A model generated the notes under the pieces. It was not told the origin of the DNA, did not search any database, and saw only the letters and a list, made by a program, of their open reading frames with translations. A program made the translations under genes and the position numbers. Of a DNA stretch of 64,000 nt, positions 38,832 to 51,748 are shown in pieces; position 1 is the stretch's first letter, and every line of letters begins with the position of its first letter. The DNA is from Chiloscyllium plagiosum (lineage: Eukaryota): the NCBI RefSeq assembly GCF_004010195.1, contig NC_057718.1, forward strand, positions 89,072,787-89,136,786, given 5' to 3'.

Positions 38832-39659
38832 CCCTTTATATTAGGTAGTGATCCCTAGTCCTAGATTCTCCTTCAAGACTTGAGTCCTGTGAGGATCCCT
38901 CAGGATTTACACGTGTCAATCTAGTCATCTCTTACTCATCTAAACTTCAGTAGATACAAGCCTAACCTGTCCAACCTTTCCTCATCAGAAAACGTACTCG
39001 TTCCAGATGTTAGTCTAGTCAACCTTCCCTGAAATGTTTCCAATGTATTTATATCCTCCCTTAAGTACCATGATCAGTACTATGCAAAGTACTCCAAATG
39101 TGGTCTGAACAATGCGCTGTGCATAACCCCCCTAAAATTTGTCACAAAAACAGAACTTTTTGGAAAAACTCAGCAGGTCTGGCAGCAACTGTTGAAAGAA
39201 AGCAGAGTTAACATTTCAGGTCAATTGCCTCTTCTTCAGAACCCCCCTGGTTTTATCCCCAATTCTCTGTGCCGTAAACAAAAACCTTTCTGAATTTGCA
39301 GTAGCTGCCTACTAGTCTTCTGTGATTTGTGCAGTGGGACACTCAGATCCATCTGTGTTTCAGAACTCTCAGTTGTTAAATAAGATGCTTTTAAAAAGAT
39401 TCTTCCTGACAAAATGGGCAATTTCACATATTCCATTTTATTCATTTGCTCGGTCTTGCTCACTCCTTAATCTGTCTTTTTTTGTAGCTCCCTTATATCC
39501 TCTTTTCAGCTTACTTCTCTGACTATCTTTGTATCAGCAGCAAATTTAGCTGCTCCTTTCATCCAAGTCATTTATATGAATTGTAAAAGGTTGAGTCCCT
39601 ATGTGACACCACTCATTAAGATCTCATCAACCAGATAAACCAAAGAGTGTCCGAAGATA

Positions 39660-39900
39660 GACCCTGAGCTTCCAGTTGCCTGCCACTTTAACATACCTCC
39701 GTGTTCCCTGCCCAACATCTCTGTCTGAGTCTTGCTGCAGTGCTCCAGTGAAGCTCAGCACAAGCTGGAAGAACAGCACCTCATTTTCCACTTTGGGACC
39801 CTGCAGCCTTCTGGACTCAGTATTGAGTTCAACATCTTTAGGGCATGAGCTCTCCCATGTCCTTATGCCAACCCCGATACACCAGGCCAGTCTGTTAGAC
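39660..39900 (+). mobile_element. PLE endonuclease C-terminal fragment
   Basis: LLQCSSEAQHKLEEQHLIFHFGTLQPSGLSIEFN; a further piece lies at 40225-40325(-). Confidence 0.75.
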
Positions 39901-40841
39901 TCTATACCATGAGCTGGAAGCAACCCACAGCACATGTTACTTGCTCAAAGAACTCCAATAAATTGGTTGAATATGATTTCCCTTTCACAAAGCCCTAATT
40001 CTTGGAATTCCCTCCTTATGCCTCTCCACCTCACTTATTTTGATGTTATCTTCCTTGTTAACCATCTTTTGGTCACCTGACCCAATTCCTCCTCATGCAA
40101 CTTAGAAGCATGCTTTGGGACATTCCATAACTTTAAAAGTGCCACGTGAATTTAAGTTGCTGTCGATATGTGGACGGGGCAAGGTGGAGAAGAAGCCAGC
40201 ACAGAAATAAGAGGTGTTCACACACTGAAATTGTTAAACTCAGTATTGAGTCCAGAGGGCTGTAATATACCTCGGTGAAAGATGAGGTGCTGTTCCTCGA
40301 GCTTGCATTTAGTCTTGCTGGAACCCCTTACAGCATGGGGCGGCATGGTGGCTCAGTGGTTAGCACTGCTGCCTCACAGTAGCAGGGTCCCAGGTTAACT
40401 TCCAGCCTCAGGCAATTGTCTGTGTGGAGTGTGCACATTCTCCCCATGTCTGTGTGGGTTTCCTCTGGGTGCTCCGGTTTCTTCCCACAGTCCAAAGATG
40501 TGCCGGGTAGGTGAATTGGCCAAGCTAAATTGCCCATGGTGTTAGGTGCATTAGTCAGAGGGAAATGGGTCTGGGTGGATTGCTCTTTGGCGGGGCGGCG
40601 TGGACTTGGTGGGCCGGAGGGCCTGTTTCCACACTGTAGGGATTCTAATCTAATCTATATTCCATTACTGATTAAAAATCCATCTATCATAGCCTTGAAT
40701 ATACTTAAAAATCCAGCTTCTATAGCCCTATACAGTAAACAATTCCACAGACCTACTACTCTCTGTGAGAAGAGATTCCTCCTCATCACTGCCTTAGAGG
40801 GTGACTCTGAGATTATGCCCTCTGGCTGTAGACTTCCCAAC

Positions 40842-40977
40842 GTGTGTGTGTGTGAGAGAGTGTGTATCTGTGTGTGTGTGTGTGTGCGTGAGAGAGAGAG
40901 AGGAGAGAGAGTGTGTATCTGTCTGTGTCTGTCTGTGTGTGTGTGTGTGAGAGAGAGAGTGTATCTGTCTGTGTGTC

Positions 40978-41009
<32 letters not shown>

Positions 41010-41086
41010 TGTGTGTCTGAGAGAGAGAGTGTGTATCTGTCTGTGTGTGTGAGAGAGAGTGTGTCTATCTGTCTGTGTGTGTGTGT
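40842..41086. repeat. Compound (GT)n/(GA)n/(GTCT)n microsatellite
   Basis: Higher-order unit approximately gagagagagtgtgtatctgtctgtgtgtgt, repeated several times. Confidence 0.95.
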
Positions 41087-41637
41087 TTAATGTCCTGCCA
41101 GAGGACGTAGTGGAGGCTGGTACAATTACCAAACATTTAAAAGGCATCAGGATGGGTTGGGGAGGATTTAGCAGGACTTGGGCCAAATGGCGGGCAGATG
41201 GGATTAGATTAGTTTAGGATATCTGTTCAGCATGGATGAGTTGGACCAAAGGGCCTGTTTCCGTGCTGTGCATCTCTATGACTCTAAATGCCACCCTTCC
41301 CCATCTATCTTCATTTCTGACAAAGGGTCACTGGACTCGAAGTGTTAACTCTGCTCCTCTCCACACAAATGCTGCCAGACCTGGTGCGTTTCTCCAGCAT
41401 TTCCTGTTTCTGTTGACGATTTCCAGCATCCACAGTTATTTGTTTCAGGGAATAAAAGGTTTCATGTGGAAAAGGCAGGAGAGTGGAGTTGATGATTATC
41501 AGATCAGCCGTGGTCTCATTGAAACAGGAGGAGCTACTTCTGCTGCTACATCTAATGCGTTTACGGTTTTATGGGCATTTCAGTTTAGTATATGGTGAAT
41601 AGAGGGAGCTGCATTAGGACTGGGATCATTATTTTCT

Positions 41638-41865
41638 AAGTCGAGAGTGTGGTGCTAGAAAAGTGCAGAAGGCCAGGCAGCATCTGAGGAGCAGGAGAAT
41701 CGACGTTTCAGTCATAAGCCCTTCATCAGGAGGGCTATTCCTGATGAAGATCTTATGCCCAACGCATTGATTCTCCTGCTCCTCGGATGCTGCCTGACCT
41801 GCTGTGCTTTTCCAGCACCACACTCTCGACTCTGATCTCCAGCATCTGCAGCCCTCACTTTCTCC
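41638..41865. mobile_element. Family A inverted-repeat PLE insert
   Basis: Arms meet at cttcatcagga-gggcta-ttcctgatgaag; 11-bp TSD cattattttct (41627-41637, 41866-41876). Confidence 0.85.
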
Positions 41866-42089
41866 CATTATTTTCTTAACCCTATGACAACATGGCCCCT
41901 TGGAGTATCTGTGCTGCCAAAAGATCAAACATCTTAAGGTCCACCAAACTGATGGAAAGACTACCTCTGCAGGTAGTTTCTTCCCCTTACCTCCATCCAC
42001 CATTGCAGAGAAAAACTCTCATTCAGTCAGCATATATATCGTGGCAGCGTTCAAAAACGTAACACAGAGTATTGGCGTGAAACATGGCA

Positions 42090-42592
42090 GCAAGGATGTT
42101 GTGAAACTTGAAAGGGTTCAGAAAAGATTGACAAGGATGTTGCCAGGGTTGGAGGGTTTGAGCTATAGGGAGAGGCTGAATAGGCTGGAGTTGTTTTCAC
42201 TGGAGCATTGGACACTGAGGCATGACATTATAGAAGTTTATAAAATGAGGGGCATGGATAGGGTAAATAGACAAGGTCTTTTCCCTGGGGTGGGTGAGTC
42301 CAGAACTAGAGGGCATAGGTTTTGGGTGAGAGGGGAAAGATATAAAATGGATCTAAGTGCCAGCTTTTTCACGCAGAGGGTGGTGCGTGTATGGATGGGG
42401 CTGCCAGAGGATGTAGTGGAGGCTGGTACAATTACAGCATTTAACAGGCATTTGGATGGGTACATAAATAGGAAGAGTGTGGAGGGATATTGGCCAAAAG
42501 CTGTAAAATGGGATGAGATTATGTTAGGATATCTGGTCAGCATGGATGAGTTGGACAGGGTCTGTTTCCATGCTGTACATCTCTATGACTCT
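42090..42592 (+). mobile_element. HER1/CR1-like LINE 3' fragment
   Basis: KDVVKLERVQKRLTRMLPGLEGLSYRERLNRL...; ends ctctatgactct. Confidence 0.9.
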
Positions 42593-42619
42593 TTGACTGA
42601 GAGTGGTTGGAATGGAAAA

Positions 42620-42831
42620 AGTGAGGACTGCAGATGCAGGAGACCAGAGTTGAAAAGTGTGGTGCTGGAAAAGCAGCAGGCCAGGCAGCATCCGAGGAGC
42701 AGGAGAATCAACGTTTCGGGCATAAGCCCTTCTTCAGGAAGAAAGGCTTATGCCCGAAACGTCGATTCTCTTGCTCCTCGGATGCTGCCTGGCCTGCTGT
42801 GTTTTTACAGCACCACACTTTTCAACTCTGT
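42620..42831. mobile_element. Family A inverted-repeat PLE insert
   Basis: 13-bp TSD ttggaatggaaaa (42607-42619, 42832-42844); ~95-bp arms. Confidence 0.85.
42708..42740 (-). ncRNA. Minimal hammerhead motif, core intact
   Basis: Reverse complement ttc-CTGAAGA-A-GGGC-ttat-GCCC-GAAA-CG-TT-ga. Confidence 0.7.
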
Positions 42832-45800
42832 TTGGAATGGAAAACCACTATCAGCAGAAGTTAAGGACTCAGCAAAACTCTGGAACGCTCTACAATGTCA
42901 ATCGTAGAACTGGTGAATAGTTCCTGCAAGGAAGGAGGTCACTTGGCCTGTCTTGTCTGTGCTAGTTCTCCATAACAGCCAGCCCCCTGAGTGGATGAAC
43001 AAAATGCTGTTGACTGTGGTATTCATAAAACCATCAGCAACTCTGACAAAGTTACTATCTTCTTAAGACTATCCCTGGTAAGTAAGATTGAGTGTGGCCA
43101 ATGAGACAGCAGAAGGTGACAAGGGGTTTGGTGAATCTTACCATCAGTAAGATTTCTGCTCCCTTTTCTAAAGAACATCTGGTCTTGATGTACTTTATGG
43201 CAACATGCTTTATCCAATTTCTTTATTAGCCCATTCCTTGGCTATTTGCTGTGCAAAGGTCAAAGGATGTACAAAAAAATCATGATGTCTTGATTAATTC
43301 ATATAAAGCACTCCAAAATGTTACAGATGATTCACAGTCCTGTTTAGCTCAAGTTTATTTAAATCTGGAATGTGTCAGTGAGATTAGGTCTGTTTTAGAG
43401 CCACCAGAGCTTATTTTTAAACTGCTGTCTGTTACCTCAATAGAACCTCAGTCTATTACCTCAATAGTATACTCGCCAACTTTAAGGGCTTTTAAATGGC
43501 CATTGGATAAACATATGGATGATAATGGAATAGTGTAGGTTGGATGGGCTTCAGATCAGTTTCACAGGTCGGCGCAACATCGAGGGCCGAAGGGCCTGTA
43601 CTACGATTTAATGTTCTATGTTCTATAGCGAAGGGACGTGGAGAATAAGAATAGTCCCTGCCTGTTCCTCAGGCATTAAGGAAATGCTCAGTAATCCAAT
43701 ATGGGCCTCAACGTCCACTACATCCTGTATTGGGCTGGTCACTCTTTGCACTCACTGTGCATTCAGCACTCAGTTTTCTCAGGCACAGCACAGCAGTTCA
43801 ACAAGAGCTCCACCTGCCATCCAAAGATAAACCAAACCTTGAGCTCTCCTCCTGTTCCGATTTCAAAGCCTGGCCTGTTGCTAGCCATCTCAGTCCTTCT
43901 CAAGCAACACTCACCGTGCAAGAGATCCATTTTGTCCAATTTGTTTGCTTTGTAGTTCAAGGTTGCTGGCAGGAATCAATTCTGAGGCTGTCATCTCTCC
44001 CAGAGTCACTTGCAGAGGTGTGCTTATTTCTGGAAAATCAATCTCTTGTCAGTTTGACTACAATTGATGAACGCGCAACACCTCTGCAGACCAACAATCG
44101 ATCTGACCGTGTGGTCCAAATTGTCAAGAACAGGCTGATTTCTATTCCCCCAAGATTCCTTCCCATCTCACATGTGCTGCTGAGTCCATTAAAAAAGTGT
44201 GATTATTGCTTAACACTTCTTGTTAGCCACTTGATTTCAATTGTAGGTGTAAATATGCACATAGCTACAATTCAAGGTAAAGTCTCCATCATCCTACAGA
44301 CAATAAGGCTGCTCTTTCATTAGAGAGAGAGAGAGAGATGATTGGTGGTGGCTTAACCTGAGGCTCAGGCAAGTGACAACAGTTGACAGGTCTTGCTGTT
44401 GATAACTTGATTTCTGGCATGAAAATGAAAATACAAACTTTGAAATGGAAATGCTTATGCTGTAGAATGAATACAGACTTGCTCCAACACTGACTTTACC
44501 ATCCTTCTCATTTCGGAAGTGAAACCTGATGCAGGAACTAATCCTGACTATCCAATAAACTGCCCCTTTTCCTCATTAGCTTCAGACCAAAGTGTCAGTC
44601 CAAATGGCTTCCATCATATCTCCATTTAGAATTAATCTATTGAATTGGTTGAGAATAAGGAGGCCATTAGGCCCATCGTTTCTGCGCTGGGTTTTTCAAA
44701 GAGTTATTCTATTAGCTCCACATTGCCCCTTCCCCATATTGACAGCAACATAAATTCATGTGGCACCTTTAAAATTATAGAATGTCCCAAAGCATGTGAC
44801 TAAGTTGTATGAAACGAAATTCAGTCAGATGACCGAAAGGCGGTTAACAAGGAAGATATGAGGGGTGACTTGTAGAAAAAAGTGAGGTGGGGAAGTGTAA
44901 GGAGGGAATTCCAAGAATTAAGGCAGTGACAATTTGTGCACAGCAAGATCCCACCTGTGATCCTGTGGTAATAACCTGACAATCTGTTTTGATTGAGAGA
45001 CAAATATTGGCTGGGACCAGGGAACATTCACCTGGTCCAGTGCAACTGTTACCGTGAGACATTTTTCATTCACTGAAGGGTGACGACAGGGTCTCAGGGT
45101 GACATCTCATCCAAACATAGGCACCTCTGACAGCGCAGCAATCCCTCACCACTTCAGTGAGATATTAATTTTGAGATTCTGTGCTTGAATCATGGCCTTC
45201 TGACTCAGAGGTGAGAACGCTACCGTGTGAGGTGCAGCTGATATGAAATAGAATAATGTTAAAAGTGATAATGATACTGAATACAATCAGCAGAGTGTCC
45301 ATACATTGAACAGTATGGAGATAAAGGCTCACAATGGCTATCTGACATTGTCCTGAATAGAAAAAGGTTTACATTCCCCCACTAACTATTATATTCCATC
45401 TAATGACTATGTTACAATACTTCAGATGCTCAGCACTGTCTGGAAACACAGCTGTAATGGGCTCCCTTATATCCAGCGTTTGATCTGTTTAAAGATGGAT
45501 TCCGTAGATAAAGCCCTTTCTTAAGATGTCATTTGGCAGTTGCCAAATGAGTGATAACATCATGCAATAACTACGAATATAAATTGTATTTTTTTTTTAT
45601 TAGGTAACCTCAAAAGCAGGATCCAGAAACACATTTTTTTTCAGATGGGTCAGGTTGTTTTTGTACATTAGAACCATGAAGAAAGTCAAATACCTAAAAT
45701 TTGAGTAAACAACGCGTATAGTGACCTGAATCTTTCTGTCGCCCTCTATCTTTTCATTAAAAATCAGGTAGAAACTTGGGTCATTCCTTATGAAATCTCC

Positions 45801-45926
45801 AGAAGCATCTTTAATTTATTAGACTCAAGCTTCTCTGACAGTCAAACCATCATCATACATGAGAACCTTCCAACTGGCTTTTCATTCAGTGATGTAAGCT
45901 GTGGGATTTTTGTTTTCACGTTATTT

Positions 45927-46318
45927 AGAGTCATAGAGATGTACAGCATGGAAACAGACCCTTCGGTCCAACCCGTCCATGCCGACCAGATATCCCAACC
46001 CAATCTAGTCCCACCTGCCAGCACCCGGCCCATATCCCTCCAAACCCTTCCTATTCAGATACTCATCCAAATGCCTCTTAAATGTTGCAATCGTACCAGC
46101 CTCCACCACTTCCTCTGCCAGCACATTCCATACACGTACCACCCTCTGTGTGAAAAGGTTACCCCGTAGGTCTCTTTTATATCCTTCCCCTCTCACCCTA
46201 AACCTAGGCCCTCTAGTTCTAGACTCCCCTACCCCAGGGAAAAGACTTTGCCAATTTACCCTATCCATACCCCTCATGATTTTGTAAACCTCTATAATGT
46301 CACCCCTCAGCCTCCTGC
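45927..46318 (-). mobile_element. HER1/CR1-like LINE 3' fragment, well preserved
   Basis: RRLRGDIIEVYKIMRGMDRVN...FKRHLDEYL and a (ctatgact) tail. Confidence 0.9.
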
Positions 46319-47207
46319 GTTTCTGGGTTTTGAGTTTGTACCCAACAGGTTTTCTGTGCATGTGCAGTTAACGAACTTGTGAAGAATTTTGCATTCATGA
46401 TGACTTCCTTTTAAAGACGAAAACAGAAATGGCTGGAAAAGCCCTGCCGGTCTGGCAGCATTTGTGGAGAGAAATAGTTTCAGGTTGAGTGACTCTTCCT
46501 CAATTCCGGAAATGTTAACTCTGATTTCTGTTCACAGATTCTGCCAGACCTGCTGAGCTTTTCTAGCAATTTCTACTTTTGTCTCTGATTTACAGCATCC
46601 ACCGTTCTTTTCATTGTTATTTCCTTGAATACCATATTCAGCATGAGTGGGTTTTGTGTGCACCTCAAATGGACCTCTGATTATTTTAGATTGTTTTGTC
46701 ACTCAGTACTGTAAGTAACAGGGCCTCAAAAGTATGTTAATGATTTCTGGAACTTTGTTTTTATTTCAAATGTAAGGGAAACACCCATCGCTTAAATACA
46801 GAGGCTTTTAGTTTCCCTTTTTGACTTTGAATTTGGAGCCGTGCTGTAAGGTCTTTGGAATAGGGTGGCTGCATACAGAAATGTTCCTGAGAAGGGCAGA
46901 AAATAAAGTGAGCTAGATTACCTTAGAGTGAAGAGTTAGTGTTGGTTCCAGACCAGAAGTGTTGAGATGAGACTCTGAAGAGGTTACTTAAAGCAGAGTA
47001 CACTGAAGCTCAGATATATGCGCGTTCCAGGAAGAAGCTGTCTGTAGTTCTGGTCTAAAAGTGGTGTGAGTATTATACAAGTTGTGTTTTGGGTTCTGTA
47101 CCATCAATGTGTCTTGAGTATGATACATAGTGCAATACAGTGGCTCAGTGGTTGGCACTGTTAGCTCACAGTGCCAAGCACTCGGGTTTGATTCCAGTCT
47201 CGGGTGA

Positions 47208-50200
47208 TGGATGGCAAATATAGGAAGGGAGAAAAGCTACTGACACAGTTAGGTAGATGGGTTAACTCCAGGAAAGGTAGGAGAGGTCGGCAGCTAGTGC
47301 AGGAGTCTCCTGTGGCTATCCCCATTTCAAATAAGTGTGCTGCTTTGGAAAATGTAGGGGGTGATGGATTCTCAGGAGAATGTCACACAAACAGCCAAGT
47401 TACTGGCACTGAGACTGGCTCTAACAGTGAGGGGTACAAGCGATTGATTGTGATCGGGAACTCTCTAGTCAGACGCACAGACAGATGTTTCTGTGGCCGG
47501 CAATGAGAAATCAGAATGGTGCGTTGCTTCCCTGGTGCCAAGATAAAGGATATCTTGGAGAGGGTGCAGAATATTCTCAAAGGGGAGAGAGACCAGCAGG
47601 AGGCTATTGTACACATTGGAAAAGGTTGAGATTCTGAAGGGAGATTACGGAGGGTTAGGCAGGAATTTAAAAAGGAGGTCCTCGAGAGTAGTAATATCTG
47701 GATTATTCCTGGTGCTACGAGCTAGTGAGGGCAGGAATAGGAGGATAGAGCAAATGAATGTATGGCTGAGGAGCTGGTGGGGGAGAAGGGTTCACATTTT
47801 TGGATCATTGGAATTTCTTTTGGGGTAGAAGTGACCTGTACAAGAAGGACGGATTGCACCTAAATTGGAATGGGATTTATGTACTGGCAGGGAGATTTGC
47901 TAGAACTGCTTGGGAGGACTTTAACTGGTAAGGTTGAGGGGGGTGGGTAACCCATGTAAATGGTGAGGAAAGAGATCAGTCTGAGACGGGTACAGTTGGG
48001 AAAGGGAGCAAGTCAAACAGTCAAAGCAGAGACCAAGGTAGGACTGATAAATTAAACTGCACTTACTTCAATGCAAGAGGCCTAACAGGGAAGGCAGATG
48101 AACTCAGGGCATGGTTAGGAACATCATAGCAATTACAGAAACATGGCTCAGGATGGACAAAACTGGCAGCTTAATGTTCCAAGATACAAATGCTACAGGA
48201 AGGATAGAACGGGAGGCAAGAGAGGAGGGGAGTGGTGTTTTTGATAAGGGATAGCATTACAGCTGTACTGAGGGAGGATATTCCTGGGAATACATTCAGG
48301 GAAGTTATTTGAGTGGAACTGAGGAATAAGAAAGGGATGATCACCCTATTGGGATTGTATTATAGCTCCCCCCCAAATAGTCAGCAGGAAATTGAGAAAC
48401 AAATTTGTGAGGAGATCTCAGTTATCTGTAAGAATAATAGGGTGGTTATGGTAGGGGATTTTAACTTTCCAAACATAGACTGGGACTGTCATAATGTTAA
48501 GAGTTTAGATGGAGAGGGATTTGTTAAGTGTGTACAAGAAAATTTTCTGATTTAATATGTGGATGTACCTACTAGAGAAGGTGCAAAACCTGTCCTACTC
48601 TTGGGAAATAAGGCAGGGCAGGTGTCAATGGAGGAGCACTTTGGGGCCAGAAACCATAATTCTGCTAGTTTTAAAATTATGATGGAAAAGGATGGGCTGC
48701 ATCTAAAAGTTGAAATTCTAAATTGGAGGAAGGCCAATTTTGACATTACTGGGCAAGAACTTTCAAAAGTTGATTGGGGGCAGATGTTCACAGGTAAAGG
48801 GACGGCTGGAAAATGGAAGGCCTTCAGAAATGAGATAATGAGAGTCCAGAGACAGTGTATTCCTGTTAGGGTGAAAGGAAAGGCTGGTAGGTGTAGAGAG
48901 TGCTGGATGACTAAAGAAATTGAGGTTTCGTTTTAAAAAAAAGGAGGAAGCACATGTCAGGTATAGATAGGAGAGATCGAGATAATCCTTAGAGTATAAA
49001 GCCAGATGTAGTATACTTAAGAAGGAAATCAGGAGGGCAGAAAGGGGACATGAGATAGCTTTGGAAAATAGGGTTAAGGAGAGTACAAAGAGATTCTATA
49101 AATACATGAAGGTCAAAAGGGTAACTAGGGAGAGAATAAGGCCCCTCAAACATCCACAAGGCAGCCTATGTGTGAAACCGCAGTAGATGGGGAGATATTA
49201 AATGAGTATTTTGCATCAGTGTTTACTGTAGAGAAGGACTAGGAAGGTATAGAATGTGGGGAAATAGATGGTGACATATTGAAAAATGTCCATGTTATAG
49301 AGAAGGGTGTCTTGAAATGCACAGTTGTGGATAAACTCCAGGACCTAGAACTTTGTTGGAAGCTAGGAAGTGATTGCTGGGCTTCTTGCAGAGATATTTG
49401 TATCATCGATAGTCACAGGTGAAGTGCTGGAAAACTGGAGGTTGGCTAACATGATGCCACTATTTAAGAAAGGTGGTAAGGAAAAGCCTGGGAACTATAG
49501 ACCGGTGAGCCTGACATCAACGGTGGGCAAATTGTTGGAGGGAATCCTGAGGGACAGGATTTGCATGTACTTGGAAAGGCAAGACCTGATTAGGGATCGT
49601 CAACATGGCTTTGTGTGTGGGAAATCATGTCTCATGAACTTGATTGAGTTTTTTGAGGAAGTAACATAGAGGATTGATGAGGGCAGAACGATAAGCCTGA
49701 TCTATATGGACTTCAGTAAGGCGTTCGGAAAGGTTCCTCATGGTAGACTGGTTAGCAAGGTTAGATCTCGTGGAATACAGGAGAACTAGCCATTTGGATA
49801 CAGAACTGGTTTGAAGGTAGAAGTCAGAGGGTGGTGGTGGAGGGTTGCTTTTCAGACTGGAGGCTTGTGATCAGTGGAGTGCCACAAGGATTAGTGCTGG
49901 GTCCACTACTTTTTGTCATTTACATAAATGATTTGTATGTGAACATAAGAGGTATAGATAGTAAGTTTGCAGATGACACCAGAATTGGAGGTGTAATGGA
50001 CAGTGAAGAAGGTTATCTCAGAGTACAACGGGATCTTGATCAGATGGGCCAATGGGTTGAGGAGTAGCAGGTGGAGTTTAATTTAGATAAATGTGAGGTG
50101 CTGCATTTTGGAAAGTCAAATCAGAGCAGGACTTATACACTTAATGGTAAAGTCCTGAGGAGTGTTGCTGAGCAAAGAGACCTTGAGTGCAGGTTCATTG

Positions 50201-50874
50201 TTCATTGAAAGTAGAGTCGCAGGTAGATAGGAGAGTGAAGAAGGCATTTGGTATGCTTTCCTTTATTGGTCAGAGCATTGAGTATAGAAATTGGGAGGTC
50301 ATGTTGCAGCTATACAGGACATTGGTTAGGCCACTGTTGGAATATTGCATACATTTCTGGTTTCCCTCCTATTGGAAGGATGTTGTAAAACCTGAAAGGG
50401 TTCAGAAAAGATTTACAAGGACATTGCTAGGGTTGGAGGATTTGAGCAATAGGAGAGGCTGAATAGGCGAGGGCTGTTTTCCCTGGTGGGTCGGATGCTG
50501 AGGGGTGCTCTCATAGAATCTCTATAAAATCATGAGGGGCATGGATAGAGTAAATAGCCAAGGTCTTTTCCCTGGGGTGTCCAGAATTAAGATGAGAGGG
50601 GTAGATTTGGAAGAGACCTAAGGGGCAACTTTTTCATACAGAGGGTGGTATGTGTATAGAATGAGCTGCCAGATGAACCAGTGGAGGCTGGTACACCTGC
50701 AACATTTAAGAGGCATCTGGATGGGTATATGAATAGGAAGGGTTTGGAGGGATATGGGCCAAATGCTGGCAAATGGGACTAGATTAGGTTAGGATAGCTG
50801 ATCGGCATGGATGAGTTGGACCAAAGGGTCTGTTTTTGTGCTGTACATCTCTATGACTCTATGACACTATGACT
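47208..50874 (+). mobile_element. Long, 5' truncated, inactive HER1/CR1-clade LINE (partial ORF1 esterase-like domain; ORF2 APE + RT)
   Basis: ORF1: LIVIGNSLVR (~47444, GDSL/SGNH-like) and VRCFPGAKIKDI. ORF2: YFNARGL, VMVGDFNFPNIDW, NYRPVSLTS, QHGF..GKSC, YMDFSKAF, SGVPQG.VLGPLLFVIYINDL, SKFADDT. 3' (CTATGACT)n-type tail at 50851-50874. Multiple stops and frameshifts. Confidence 0.93.
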
Positions 50875-50941
50875 GTATGTGTGGAGTTTGCACACTCTCC
50901 CTGGGTTTACGCTGGATGCTCCAATTTCCTTCCAGACGAAA

Positions 50942-51748
50942 GATGTGCAGGTTAGGGTGGATTGGCCATGCTAAATTGCCCATAGTGTTCAGGGATGTGC
51001 AGGTTAGATGGATTGGCCATGCTAAATCACCCATAGTGTTCAGGGATGTGCAGGTTAGGATGGATTGGCCATGCTAAATCGCCCATAGTGTCTATGGATG
51101 TGCAGGTTAGGTGGATTGGCCATGCTAAATTGCCCATAGTGTTCAGGGATGTGCAGGTTATGGTGGATTGGCTATGCTAAATCGCCCATAGTGTTCAGGG
51201 ATGTGCAGGTTAGGATGGATTGGCCATGCTAAATTGACCATAGTGTTCAGGGATGTGCAGGTTAGGATGGATTGGCCATGCTAAATTGACCATACTGTTC
51301 AGGGATGTGCAGGTTAGATGGATTGGCCATGCTAAATCGCCCATAGTATTCAGGGATGTGCAGGTTAGGATGGATTGGCCATGCTAAGTTGCCCATAGTG
51401 TCTATGGATGTGCAGGTTAGGGTGGATTGGCCAAGCTAAACCGCCCATAGTGTTCAGGGATGTGCAGGTTAGGATGGATTGGCCATGCTAAATTGACCAT
51501 AGTGTCTATGGATGTGCAGGTTAGGGTGGATTGGCCATGCTAAATCGCCCATAGTGTTCAAGGATGTGCAGGTTAGGATGGATTGGCCATGCTAAGTTGA
51601 CCATAGTGTCTATGGATGTGCAGGTTAGGGTGGATTGGCCATGCTAAATCGCCCATAATGTCTATGGATGTGCAGGTTAGGATGGATTGGCCATACTAAG
51701 TTGCCCCTCGTGTCTATGGATGTGCAGTTTTGGTGGATTAGCCATGCG
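50942..51748 (+). repeat. Minisatellite: 15 full units of 51-52 bp plus one partial, derived from an internal HE1-like SINE segment
   Basis: Unit gatgtgcaggttagg(a/g)tggattggccatgctaaat(t/c)gcccatagtgt(tcagg/ctatg); starts at 50942, 50994, 51045, 51097, 51148, 51200, 51252, 51304, 51355, 51407, 51459, 51511, 51563, 51615, 51667, 51719. Confidence 0.95.

Noticed and set aside
40071..40082. GGTCAccTGACC as an estrogen response element
   Set aside because: Spacer is 2 nt rather than 3. TGACCagaGGTCA near 36930 is everted and lies inside a SINE.
41900..42907. Longest ORF (335 aa) as a novel gene
   Set aside because: Chance read-through of unassigned sequence, a CR1 ORF2 C-terminal fragment, its 3' UTR and a PLE palindrome; TTG start and no gene structure.
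50942..51748. CRISPR-like array
   Set aside because: Units are contiguous with no unique spacers, derive from a SINE, and lie in vertebrate DNA with no cas genes.
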